Notes: a model not told the origin generated them from the sequence alone. Numbered from the whole stretch's first letter, positions 50,341 through 61,440 are shown. The stretch: 63,963 nt of DNA, filler included, from Octopus bimaculoides (GCF_001194135.2; 4 parts of 3 records of this genome joined end to end with filler, not necessarily neighbours in it); one strand, 5' to 3'. Program-made: numbers and translations.

Positions 50341-50730
50341 GTACAGGCGTAGTTATGTGGTACTAAGCTAGCTTCACAACTACATGATTCTGGGTTCAGT
50401 CCCACTGTATGGCACCTTGGGCAAGTGTCTTCTGCTATAGCCTCGGACTTACCAGAGCTTTGTGAGTGGATTTGGTAGACAGAAATTGAAAGAAGCCCGT
50501 CATGTATACATATATATATATGCGTGTGTGTGTGTGTCTTTGTGTCTGTGTTTGTCCCATCACCACTGCTTGACAACCAGTGCTGGTGCGGATATGTCAC
50601 TGTAATTTAGTAGTTCAGCAAAATTCCATTTCAAAAAAGTCCTGGGATTGATTCATTTGACTAAAACCTTTCAAGACAGTGCCCCAGTATGGTCGTGGTC
50701 AAATAACTGAAACAAGTAAAAAATAAAAGA
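50341..50730 (+). mobile_element. SINE family A, decayed, within the inferred intron
   Basis: gggttcagtcccactg...ccttgggcaagtgtcttc...gagtggatttggtagac...ctgaaacaagtaaaa. Confidence 0.8.
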
Positions 50731-50986
50731 TGCATATATACAATACACATATGATAATAGCTGTTCTTTTGAGATGAATAAACTCTTGTTGTGGATACCT
50801 TTACTTCAGTTGAGTTTTGTTTTAACTCTGCATATTTTATTTTTAAGTTGACAATACAGAGAGAGACAGACAGACAGACAGACAGAGACAGAGAGAAGTA
50901 AATAGAAGGTTGTAAAGTGAATAAAATAGGGTTTGCCAGAAACTCAATTATTAACTCTTGGAATCCTTTTATTTTGTTTCAGGTTA

Positions 50987-51760
50987 ATGGAAATGGAAAA
51001 TACTCCACCATATTTGAGCAAGACAACTGAGCTGGACTGGAAAAGCCAACTCCAATCTCATCACAGTCGGAGAAGGACAAGATGCATAAATGATATTCTG
51101 ATAAAAGAAAAATCAAGTCAGTTGGGTCTTAATGATTTCTCTTTTAACACTTTGTTTAATAGTCCTGGGATTCTTCTTAAGGGAAGTTACAGCTACACTA
51201 GTAGTGTCTTGTCAGACTTGTCACCAAGCCCAACATCATCAAGTGATGAAAATTTTCTAACGATGAATTTAATGGATACTGTTAATAAAGTGTTCAAGAA
51301 ACGTAGTCAATCGGTACCTGCCTTACTACGTATTGACATATACCAAGACCGTGCCATGCGGCTGATGAGGAAACGTCACGGCAAAATATTTGAAAAACGG
51401 AAAGTTCTTGATGATGATACATTTAATTCCTTTGATAATTCACCAAATGACATGCAAGAATTTTCCCTCAGTAGCCCACAGGATTTTGCATTTACCTTTG
51501 ATTATAATGAAATCAACAAATTAAACAAGGAGTTACTTTCTATGGACAATAATATTGAGGAAAGTTTGAGTGCTGAGAAATTCCCTGAAAGTCCAGAGAG
51601 AGTTTTATTTTTTACTGACTCTGAAAACAACAATATTTTCCATATAACACCCAGTATGGTAAAGTCCTTTGAAATCCAACGAGAAATCCGTCATAAAAGA
51701 CGGAAAAACAAAGGAACACATAGTTTTGATGACACTTGTTTACATAGAGAATCTTGCTGA
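50987..51760 (+). CDS. Host coding exon, 257-aa Ser/Asp-rich protein of unknown family
   Basis: A 774-nt non-repetitive open frame in a stop-rich, AT-rich context. Acceptor ttttattttgtttcAG at 50981-50982, 4 nt before the ATG. Contains RSQSVP and basic clusters. An alternative donor (ATG|GTAAAG, about 51659) may shorten the exon. Confidence 0.7.
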   Translation: MEMENTPPYLSKTTELDWKSQLQSHHSRRRTRCINDILIKEKSSQLGLNDFSFNTLFNSPGILLKGSYSYTSSVLSDLSPSPTSSSDENFLTMNLMDTVNKVFKKRSQSVPALLRIDIYQDRAMRLMRKRHGKIFEKRKVLDDDTFNSFDNSPNDMQEFSLSSPQDFAFTFDYNEINKLNKELLSMDNNIEESLSAEKFPESPERVLFFTDSENNNIFHITPSMVKSFEIQREIRHKRRKNKGTHSFDDTCLHRESC

Positions 51761-51954
51761 ATTTTGGGCAGCATACATTTGGCATGAAAGAGAGTCATTC
51801 CACAAACTTTGTAATCTAAATAATGTTATTAAATCAGGAAGATTCACACACACACATGCACACACACACATGCATGCACACACAAATCTATTCACATAAA
51901 AGAAACATATTTAAAGCATGTGTACGTATGTACATAGCTACATACATATATACA

Positions 51955-52866
51955 AAGCCATAGCTGACCTGACTTCACTGTGGGCCACCATCTTGATGTT
52001 AAATACAAGGAGTGATTGCATTATTAAAGATAGAATACAGTATCGCAGAGGTATATTCCAAGGGGACAGCCTCTCTGTGATGTTTATGCTTTCTGGAAAC
52101 TCCTTGTCATTCATGTTAATGAAGTCTGAAGGATATCTCACTGGTTCACAAGGAAAAAGAAATACCAAAATTATACACCGTTTCTTTGTAGATGACTTGA
52201 AAATATATGCAAAGAATATGTTATAGGTACCATGGGGTGGATGAAAAGATATCTTACTATGGCACCTGTAAAGAATATTACAGCTGAATAAAGAAAATGT
52301 GGACCTCAGAACTCTCTGCATCCAATAAAACTGTGGCCCACAATTTGTTTGCAATGCCAGTACTCAACCAAATATGTTAGTAGAAATATCAACCTGATGC
52401 ACAAAAGCGACAGACACACAGGAAAAGCAGCAAAATGTGATAACCGATGCATAACAGTTGTCTGAACTATTGAGGAATCTACAGCTACTCTCTCCAGATT
52501 ACAAGTTCAAGGTTATTGGGGAACTGAGATATATAAAACACCGCCTAAATACCAGTCTTGAGAAATTAGGCTTCTCAAGAGGAGAAAGCTGTTCTGAAGG
52601 CTGCAGATCCAATCCATCACTGGAACTGTAAAAATCTGTAAAACTTTCCAGAAGATAATCATTCAAGTATATATGAGCATGTAACTATATGCACGAGAAT
52701 ACATACATAAAACAAAACATATAAATCTACACATATACATACATACACAAATACCCTGTTGATGTTGTTGAAATTCCAACAAAGGAACCTTGGATCTAGA
52801 TTAGAAACCAGCCCTTCCTCTATTGGTAAGAAATCTTGAAATAAAACTGAATAATGACATACATAC
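51955..52866 (+). mobile_element. R4/Dong-clade non-LTR retrotransposon, truncated and internally deleted (RT, RLE, 3' UTR)
   Basis: RT YRRGIFQGDSLS...HRFFVDDLKIYAK; RLE-like ELLRNLQLL..DYKFKVI..LQIQSITGTVKICKTFQK; UTR ends ctgaataatgacatacatac. Confidence 0.85.
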
Positions 52867-53250
52867 CAGGGCTGGATTAAGACCTATGGAGGCCCTAAGC
52901 ACTTAAAAGATTTTGGTGTCCCTATATATATGTATTTCTAAGTATAAACAATAATAAACCATAAAATAATTTTTTTATTTTTCAAAATGAAACTAAAACT
53001 AACAATAAATGGAAAATAATGTCTATTTTTCTATACTTCCACTTTATCTACATTTATAAAGTTTTCTCTTCCTTTTTTTAATTGCAAAGTTTTTGATTAG
53101 ATCTTTACTATGACACCATGGACATGTAGCAAACTCATAAGATGCGAAGAGAGAACGTAAGTTCGTTTGCCCAAACATGAGAAATTATTGATTTCTCATT
53201 GGTTAAAAATTACTACCCATATACGAATTATCAACTTTGTTGAAGAAATC
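52866..53250 (-). mobile_element. Possible hAT transposon end
   Basis: TIR-like cagggctggattaag at 52867. Minus translation MFGQTNLRSL...KDLIKNFAIKKRK resembles a hAT dimerisation domain. No second TIR seen. Confidence 0.3.
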
Positions 53251-53635
53251 TTTCACGGGGTTACGGTTCTATGATTCGTGTATGAGTAGTTATAAAAACC
53301 CTGATTTTCGGCAAACTCTCCAGTGATCGTTGGACAGCCACTCAAATCCACGACACTCACTCTTTTGAGTATCAGCTAATATATATATGCCATGTTCAAT
53401 ACTCAAATCTGACAATATTGAACTGTTGTGAAACCTTATAGCTAGAATGAAAAATTAGTTAATATAAAATTTAAGTCGTAATTCTCTACGACGAAATGAC
53501 TTGTTTCTAAATGTTATATAAATGTCCAAAAAAATGTATATAATAAATTAATGTAGAAACTTAATTCTGTTTACTTCTCGTTTCTTTCAACTTGTTCAAT
53601 TTATTTCTGTATATTAACGAAACTATTTTTTTATG

Positions 53636-53903
53636 TGTAACGGTAAAAAAAATATCTATATCTTCAACATACATGTACGTATGACCGCACGTTCAGCGTC
53701 TTGGTATGTATACATCATAACATTTACGCAGCCTAAACTAAGAGTTATGCTTAGTGATAAATACTTATAATTAAGTTATAAGTAACGAGATTATCATTAT
53801 AGCTTTTAATTAAGAAACAATATTTGTTATAACTTACGAATGAAAACATTGTAAATAAAGATATAGTATATCACACACTTCAACGACCTGTGATAACAAC
53901 ACA
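53636..53903 (+). mobile_element. Putative 5' LTR of the Gypsy element (TGT...ACA, about 268 bp)
   Basis: Starts tgtaacgg, ends caacaca, contains aataaa, and lies 9 nt before the PBS. The 3' LTR is not visible because of the gap. Confidence 0.55.
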
Positions 53904-53912
53904 TAAAAAAAC

Positions 53913-53934
53913 TGGTGACTTTCCGGCGTGATTT
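53913..53934 (+). promoter_or_regulatory. Primer-binding site, tRNA-Trp type
   Basis: tggtgactttccggcgtgattt resembles TGGTGACCCCGACGTGATTT, the complement of the eukaryotic tRNA-Trp 3' end. Confidence 0.75.
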
Positions 53935-54200
53935 CGTAGAATAAACACCACATCGTAAATTGGTGATTTAGCAAAAACTACATAAAATTTTATATAGAAT
54001 ATAAACAGTTTATTTTACAAATTTTAATAACAGAAATATTTGACATTAAAGGTTGAAAGGAAAAGAACGCTGAAGGAAGGAAACTATAGAAAAATTTTAA
54101 CTGCACTTTCTAGCAATATAGAAATAATATTTAGAGCTGTTCAAAGCTTAATAACATAACGTAAAATTTTTTTTTTCTTTCTGAAAAATTTAAAATATAT

Positions 54201-54984
54201 GAATGGAGCAGAATTTGAAGGAATTCGAGATGTCCTATTTTGATAGGAATTATACACAAGCTTCAGTAATTGTATTACCATCTCCTCCTTGGACGGGAGA
54301 CACATTAATCTGGTTGGCACAACTAGAGGCAAGCTTTAANNNNNNNNNNNNNNNNNNNNNNNNNNNNNNNNNNNNNNNNNNNNNNNNNNNNNNNNNNNNN
54401 NNNNNNNNNNNNNNNNNNNNNNNNNNNNNNNNNNNNNNNNNNNNNNNNNNNNNNNNNNNNNNNNNNNNNNNNNNNNNNNNNNNNNNNNNNNNNNNNNNNN
54501 NNNNNNNNNNNNNNNNNNNNNNNNNNNNNNNNNNNNNNNNNNNNNNNNNNNNNNNNNNNNNNNNNNNNNNNNNNNNNNNNNNNNCCTCAAAGAGGTTTTC
54601 TTTACTAAATTGCCTTACAAGACACAAACCTTGCTTTCGGCTGTGAAAAATCAAAACTCTCTTCAACAATTGGCAGATTTAGCAGATGGCATTTTGGAAT
54701 TGTCATCTAGAGAGTCTGTAAATACAATTCCTTCAATCTCTGATGAAATACAAGCATTGAAGGAGAGTTATGAAAAACAATTTGAGTTATTGACAAAGAA
54801 AATTGAAAGTCTTCAGTTCGAAAGAGATAGTCACTCAAATACAAGAAACACAAGATGACGAAGGAGATCGAAAAGTCCCAAAAGAAACGCCATATGCTGG
54901 CACCATTCAAAGTTTGATGACAAATCTTATCGCTGTGTGAAACCACGTTCATTTAATTTTCTGACAAAAAGAAAGTCGGGAAAC
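54201..54984 (+). pseudogene. gag: Gypsy gag, interrupted by a gap and a stop
   Basis: PSPPWTGDTLIWLAQLEASF N-terminal motif; C-x2-H-x9-C-x3-(C>R) knuckle at 54895-54948; in-frame TGA at 54856; GGGAAAC heptamer at 54978-54984. Confidence 0.8.
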
Positions 54985-55016
54985 TTCTCAACCACAAATT
55001 AAGTGCGACGAAATCT

Positions 55017-56632
55017 GTGGATAGCTTAAATAAAAGTCGTGTATTTTTTGTTTTTGACACGATCTCGAAAGAAAGGTTTTTGGTTGATACAGGAGCAGCT
55101 TGTTCAATTTGGCCTGTAAAACTTTTAAAAGAAAAACCAAAGCCTGTATATTTGACTCTTCAAGCAGCTAATCAATCTGAAATCCAAACATTTGAAGAGA
55201 TTAGCCTAACTCTCAATATAAATCTATGAAGAGAATTTAAATGGATCTTCATAGTAGCAGATCTGCCTTACCCAATATTAGGGGCAGATTTTCTCGCACA
55301 CTACAATTTAATGGTAGATATAAGGAAACAAAAACTGATAGACACAGAAACTTCATTAAAAGTCCAAGGAATGAGATGCAGAGAGGTCACAGACAGTCCA
55401 TTGTATTTCATAGCATCCTCAGAAAATCGGTATCACAGGTTGTTGAATAATTATCCTAAAATTACGACACCATTAGCTCTAAATACCAAGTGTATGCATT
55501 CAGTAACACATCACATTATCACACAAAGACCGCCAAGTTTTTCCAAGCCGAGAAGACTATCTCTGGAAAAATTGAAGATTGCAAAGGCCGAGTTTAGTCA
55601 TATGTTGGACCTTGGTATAATTCGTCCTTCAAGTAGTAGCTGGTCAACGCCGTTAGTTATGGTAAAAAAAAAAATCTCATTGACTGGCGTCCTTGTGGAG
55701 ATTTTAGACAACTTAATGCAAAAACAAAAGCAGGCAAATATCCAATTCCTCATATTATGGAATTTGCAACTTCTTTGAATGGCTGCACTTGTTTTTCCGA
55801 AAATTGATTTAGTTAGAGCATACAATCAAATTCCTGTGGAAGAAAAAGATATACCGAAAACTGCGATTATCACTCCATTTGGGTTGTTTGAATTCCTTCG
55901 CATGCCTTTTGGATTGAGGAACGCAGCAAATACCTTTCAAAGATTTATGGACAAAGTAACAAGAAATTTACCTTTCGTATTTGCTTATATTGATGATATC
56001 CTCATTGCTAGTCCATCAGAAGAAGCACATGAAGACCATTTAAAACAAGTTTTCAAGAGGTTGACAAAATATGGTATAGTAATAAACCCAGCAAAGTGTG
56101 TTTTTGGTGAAACCACTATATCTTTTCTGGGTCATCTTATTGATAAAGATGAAATTAGACCATTGCCAGAGAAAGTTGAAGCTATAAAAAAATTTCCAAT
56201 ACCAAATTCTTTAAGAAAGCTCAGAGAATATTTAGGGATAATTAATTTTTACAGAAAATTTATTCCTAAGGTCACGGAGATCCTATATCCCTTAACTGAG
56301 CTATTGAAAAATAGAAGAAAGAAAAACGAACCAATAACTTTAAATGAAAAGCAATTGCAAGCTTTTGAAGATATAAAAGATAAACTTTGTAGAGCAACAC
56401 TTTTAAACTATCCGGTTCCTGAAGAGAAATTATCGTTGGTAGTTGATGCTTCCGATGTTGGAGTCGGTGGAGTTTTGCAACAATATCATTGTGATTCTTG
56501 GCAACCACTATCTTTCTTTTCAAAAAAATTGAAGGCACCAGAAACAAAATACAGCATATTCGGCAGAGAATTGTTGGCAGCTTATTTGTCAATTAAATAC
56601 TTCAGACATCTTCTTGAAGGTAGGTCATTTAC
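55017..56632 (+). pseudogene. pol: Gypsy (CsRn1-like) pol: protease, RT and RNase H, with nonsense and frameshift lesions; truncated by a gap
   Basis: FLVDTGA (55086-55094), ILGADFL, HMLDLGIIRPSSSSW, RMPFGLRNAANTFQR, YIDD (55986-55997), VDASDVGVGGVLQQ, RELLAAYLSIKYFRHLLEGR. Confidence 0.95.
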
Positions 56633-56990
56633 NNNNNNNNNNNNNNNNNNNNNNNNNNNNNNNNNNNNNNNNNNNNTTAATTAATTAANNNNNNNNNNNN
56701 NNNNNNNNNNNNNNNNNNNNNNNNNNNNNNNNGTGGCGGTGGTGGTAGTGGTGGAGGTGGTGGTGGTGGTGGTGGTGTTGGTGGTGGTGGTGGTGGTGGT
56801 GCTAGTGAATCGTAACGGTGGGAGGTTGGTGCGGGTGGGGCGAATTTGGAAGTCCGTCTATCTGTCCCACCCTTACTTCGTAGACTCCACCATGAAGGAT
56901 CGGATTTCCAATTATTTATGACTTCCGCCAGTTATGTGGACCGACATCATCATCATCATCACTATCATCATCATCATCATTATCATCACT

Positions 56991-57021
<31 letters not shown>

Positions 57022-57170
57022 CCACCATCACCATCACCATCATCATCATCATCATCATCGTAGTTACAACCTTCATCACCACCTTCAACATCGTCGTTAA
57101 TACCATTATCAGAATGTGCGCTGTTATTTGTTTATTCATTTATTTATGGTAATTGTCATCATCATCATGC

Positions 57171-57222
<52 letters not shown>

Positions 57223-57609
57223 CATTATCATTNNNNNNNNNNNNNNNNNNNNNNNNNNNNNNNNNNNNNNNNNNNNNNNNNNNNNNNNNNNNNNNNNNNN
57301 NNNNNNNNNNNNNNNNNNNNNNNNNNNNNNNNNNNNNNNNNNNNNNNNNNNNNNNNNNNNNNNNNNNNNNNNNNNNNNNNNNNNNNNNNNNNNNNNNNNN
57401 NNNNNNNNNNNNNNNNNNNNNNNNNNNNNNNNNNNNNNNNNNNNNNNNNNNNNNNNNNNNNNNNNNNNNNNNNNNNNNNNNNNNNNNNNNNNNNNNNNNN
57501 NNNNNNNNNNNNNNNNNNNNNNNNNNNNNNNNNNNNNNNNNNNNNNNNNNNNNNNNNNNNNNNNNNNNNNNNNNNNNNNNNNNNNNNNNNNNNNNNNNNN
57601 NNNNNNNNN

Positions 57610-57681
57610 CAGAGATGCCTATAATAGGACATCTACTGCTGCTATTTCTAGCGAGTAGATGTCCTATTATAGGCATCTCTG
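57610..57681. repeat. Perfect 28-bp inverted repeat with 16-nt loop, abutting a gap
   Basis: cagagatgcctataataggacatctact / agtagatgtcctattataggcatctctg. Confidence 0.85.
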
Positions 57682-57696
57682 CATTTTAAATGAATA

Positions 57697-57727
<31 letters not shown>

Positions 57728-58499
57728 GATTATGTTGTGTCTGTGTGTATTTCTGTGCGTGCGTAGTTGGGTGTGTGCGTATAATGGTGTATTTCTGTCC
57801 ATACGCCGTACCCAACATTTCTCTATTTTTCTTCAGCAATGTCATTTTCTTATGTCTACCGTCGACTAGTCTCTTAGCTTTGTTTTTTTGAGATGTACTC
57901 TTGTAGACTTACGTGTATAAAGCCTGCGTCAGAAGTTACGCACCCAAAGCATTTGGCATTTCATATATAATACGTTTTAATTATTATTCATTCTCTCCGT
58001 CATGTACGAGTATTTCTGTATTCATCATTACTCTATATTATTCAAGTTTGGAAAAAATTAAACACGACTTTTGGCCCACCTTGTATATATATATATATAT
58101 ATATATAACACTTCTGTCACACGAGACCTTGAAGACTGCTAGAAAGTAGGAAAGTATACTAGTCCGTATATATTTAATATTCAATATTTCATTTATTCAA
58201 TAAGATATTCAATACTTCATTTCATTCTACTATATATATTATATATTCCATATTCTATATCCCACATTAATGCCCTTTAAATTAAATTATATATATTTAC
58301 GGAAAAAAAATGATGTTTTTTTTTTTCCTTGTGAGGTTTTTTCACGCTAACTACTTCATAAATTCTTATAAAGTTTTTATCATAAAATTATATATATACA
58401 TACATATATACTTTTGTACGCTTTTGTACGCGTGTATGAATATGTATATTATACATATATGCATATATACTTGTATGAATATGTATATATGTACGGATA

Positions 58500-58700
58500 A
58501 TTTTACTTAAGCATTTCCCTTCGTAGCTCTCTGCATCTCTGTACATCCGTTTCGAAATCCGCCATTTTGTTCGCGCCCGTGTCGCGTTCATATTTACGAA
58601 CGTGCGTGAGTATAACATCTTCTCGTTTACCTGCGTGTACGCTTCTGTGCTGAAGTTTTCGGGTTTGCTTTTAAGTACGTACATGTGTCACGTACATTAA
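58500..58700. promoter_or_regulatory. CpG-rich promoter-like island with YY1-type motif
   Basis: CCGCCATTTT at 58559-58568 (CAAAATGGCGG on minus), many CpGs, and a + strand donor GC|GTGAGT at 58606. Confidence 0.35.
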
Positions 58701-59105
58701 TTACAGACAGAGACTATGTGAGCTTCATTAAAACAGTTAATTGCTGGGATATATTTCACATACGTATAATATCTTCTGTAGAAGATAGATGTTCTCTTTA
58801 AAGAGGAAGAGATTGCAGAGAAAACATCTTTCTCCTCATTTAAGTCTGTTCTCAGAAACATAAGGAAAGCTTACATGAATCATAGCTGTCCGCTGGAATG
58901 TCATACACAATTCGTAGTTCTTGTATATATCAAAATAGCACATGTTGAGCGTGTGTATGTATCTATGTATATATGTATGCGTGCATTAATGTATGTGTAT
59001 TTATATGTACATATGTATGTCGGTATGTTATGTATGTCTGTATGTATGTATGTAATGTATGTATGTATGTATGTATGTATGTATGTATGTATTTATGTTT
59101 GTGTG

Positions 59106-59477
59106 AGGTGTAATGGCCCAGTGGCTAGGGCAGCGGACTCGCGGTCGTAGGATCGCGGTTTCGATTCCCAGACCGGGCGCTGTGAGTGTTTATTGAGCGA
59201 AAACACCTTAAGCTCCACGAGGCTCCGGCAAGGTGGGGAAGTACGAACCCTGCTGTACTCTTCCACCACAACTTTCTCTCACTCTTACTTCCTGTTTCTG
59301 TTGTACCTGTATTGCAAAAGGACCAGCCTTGTCACACTCTGTGTCACGCTGAATCTCCCCGAGAACTACGTTCAGGGTACACGTGTCTGTGGAGTGTTCA
59401 ACCACTTTCACGTTAATTTCACGAGCAGGCTGATCCGATCAACGGAACCGTCGTCGTCGTAACCGACGGGGTGCCAC
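59106..59477 (+). mobile_element. SINE family E (tRNA-head)
   Basis: ggcccagtggctagggcagcggactcgcggtcgtaggatcgcggtttcgattccc head with A and B boxes, a long non-tRNA body and no CCA-type acceptor end. Confidence 0.8.
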
Positions 59478-60043
59478 GATTTATGTTTGTAGGTATGAAT
59501 GTATTCATGTATGTAAGTATTTATGTATGTATATAAGTATGTAGGCATTTATGTATGTTTTTGTGTTTGTGTGTGTAGGTATGTATGTTTATATAAATGT
59601 AGGTATGTTTGTATGTACGTATATATGTGTTTATGAATGTATATTCGTATGTATGTATGAAGGTATGTATATTTGCATTCAAGTATGTATATATGTATGC
59701 AAGAGAGTTAGGGGTTGAGGATTCAACCCGCTAAGGGGTAGTATCTATCCAATATACTGTTGGAAGGGTACCCAATTATCGTTACACTAGTGTTATACCA
59801 AGTGTAATAAGTGGGTGCGAGTAAAAGGGGGTTATTTTACCCTAAATTTATATAGCAATAAGAAAATGGAGGAAAATATGCGGTATCCATCGACTTGCAG
59901 ACAGTGTATTCCATTGAATTAATTTGTTTATTTTGTAACTAAAATGACAAAAAACACAATATACAGATGCATATGACATACCATGCCATATTAACAATTA
60001 AGGTTACAAATATAAAGTACATTTAGCAATTGGATAATATACA

Positions 60044-60179
60044 GAAACTTACTGCTGTTTCGGCCTAGCGTTGGCATGCCCCATTCTATCTCTAGAGCTC
60101 CTGTGTGCCGGAGTAATTAGCAGATGAAAATGATGTAATGGGGGTACATGCATGATTCGCTAGGCCTCTTCAGAGATTC
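60044..60179 (-). ncRNA. Type I hammerhead ribozyme candidate with canonical core and long stem II
   Basis: Minus strand gaatct-CUGAAGA-ggcctagcg...cgctaggcc-GAAA-C(agca)GUA-agtttc. Stem II base has 9/9 pairs and stem I has 5/6. Confidence 0.75.
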
Positions 60180-60318
60180 ACAAAAATTCAATACAAATAT
60201 AAAATAAAAAATAAAAATAAAAATAAAAATAGAAATAAAAATAAGAATAAAGTAAAAATAAAAATAAATGAAAAATGAAAATATAAAAATATAAGGCACA
60301 TAAAAAGCCTACTTTTTT

Positions 60319-60351
<33 letters not shown>

Positions 60352-60843
60352 GTGACGACGATGATGTTAGGTGCTGCTGCTGATGATGATTATGATGATG
60401 ACGGCGGTGATGATAATGATCATGATGATCATGATGGCGATGAAGCTGATGACGTTGATATTGGTGACGATGTCAACGAGGAGGATGATGGCGACGACAA
60501 AGATGACGATGAAATTGATGACGATGACGACGACAATCCCCACCACCACCACCACCACCACATCGACTAAGACGGAGAGGAAATATAAAAAGAAGAAGAA
60601 AAAAAAAAACAAATGAGTGCTAACCACGAAACAAAATCCCGATTGAAACCGAAACTATAAATGGTAAGAATAAAAACTGAAGAACTGTCTAAGAAAGTAC
60701 AAAAGAAAAAAATCCCCCAGAACCAAAACAAAAGAAGCAAAGAACAACAAGAAAAGCTGCTATTACATCAACAGAGGGAGAGAATAATTCAAACACATAG
60801 ATATATAGCTAACAGAGGTTAGAACATGCACAAACATACACAC

Positions 60844-60874
<31 letters not shown>

Positions 60875-60911
60875 GTATGCATATACGCACAGTTAAATAT
60901 ACTTTTATGTA

Positions 60912-60962
<51 letters not shown>

Positions 60963-61394
60963 NNNNNNNNNNNNNNNNNNNNNNNNNNNNNNNNNNNNNN
61001 NNNNNNNNNNNNNNNNNNNNNNNNNNNNNNNNNNNNNNNNNNNNNNNNNNNNNNNNNNNNNNNNNNNNNNNNNNNNNNNNNNNNNNNNNNNNNNNNNNNN
61101 NNNNNNNNNNNNNNNNNNNNNNNNNNNNNNNNNNNNNNNNNNNNNNNNNNNNNNNNNNNNNNNNNNNNNNNNNNNNNNNNNNNNNNNNNNNNNNNNNNNN
61201 NNNNNNNNNNNNNNNNNNNNNNNNNNNNNNNNNNNNNNNNNNNNNNNNNNNNNNNNNNNNNNNNNNNNNNNNNNNNNNNNNNNNNNNNNNNNNNNNNNNN
61301 NNNNNNNNNNNNNNNNNNNNNNNNNNNNNNNNNNNNNNNNNNNNNNNNNNNNNNNNNNNNNNNNNNNNNNNNNNNNNNNNNNNNNNNNNNNNNN

Positions 61395-61440
<46 letters not shown>

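Noticed and set aside
51361-51378. CTGATGAGGAAACGTC hammerhead-like string
   Set aside because: No stem II and no stem I pairing; it lies inside the coding exon (RLMRKRH).
59114-59185. tRNA-like sequences here and at 19421, 7819 and 37794
   Set aside because: A and B boxes are present but acceptor stems are incomplete and each runs into a repeat body; they are SINE heads, not tRNA genes.
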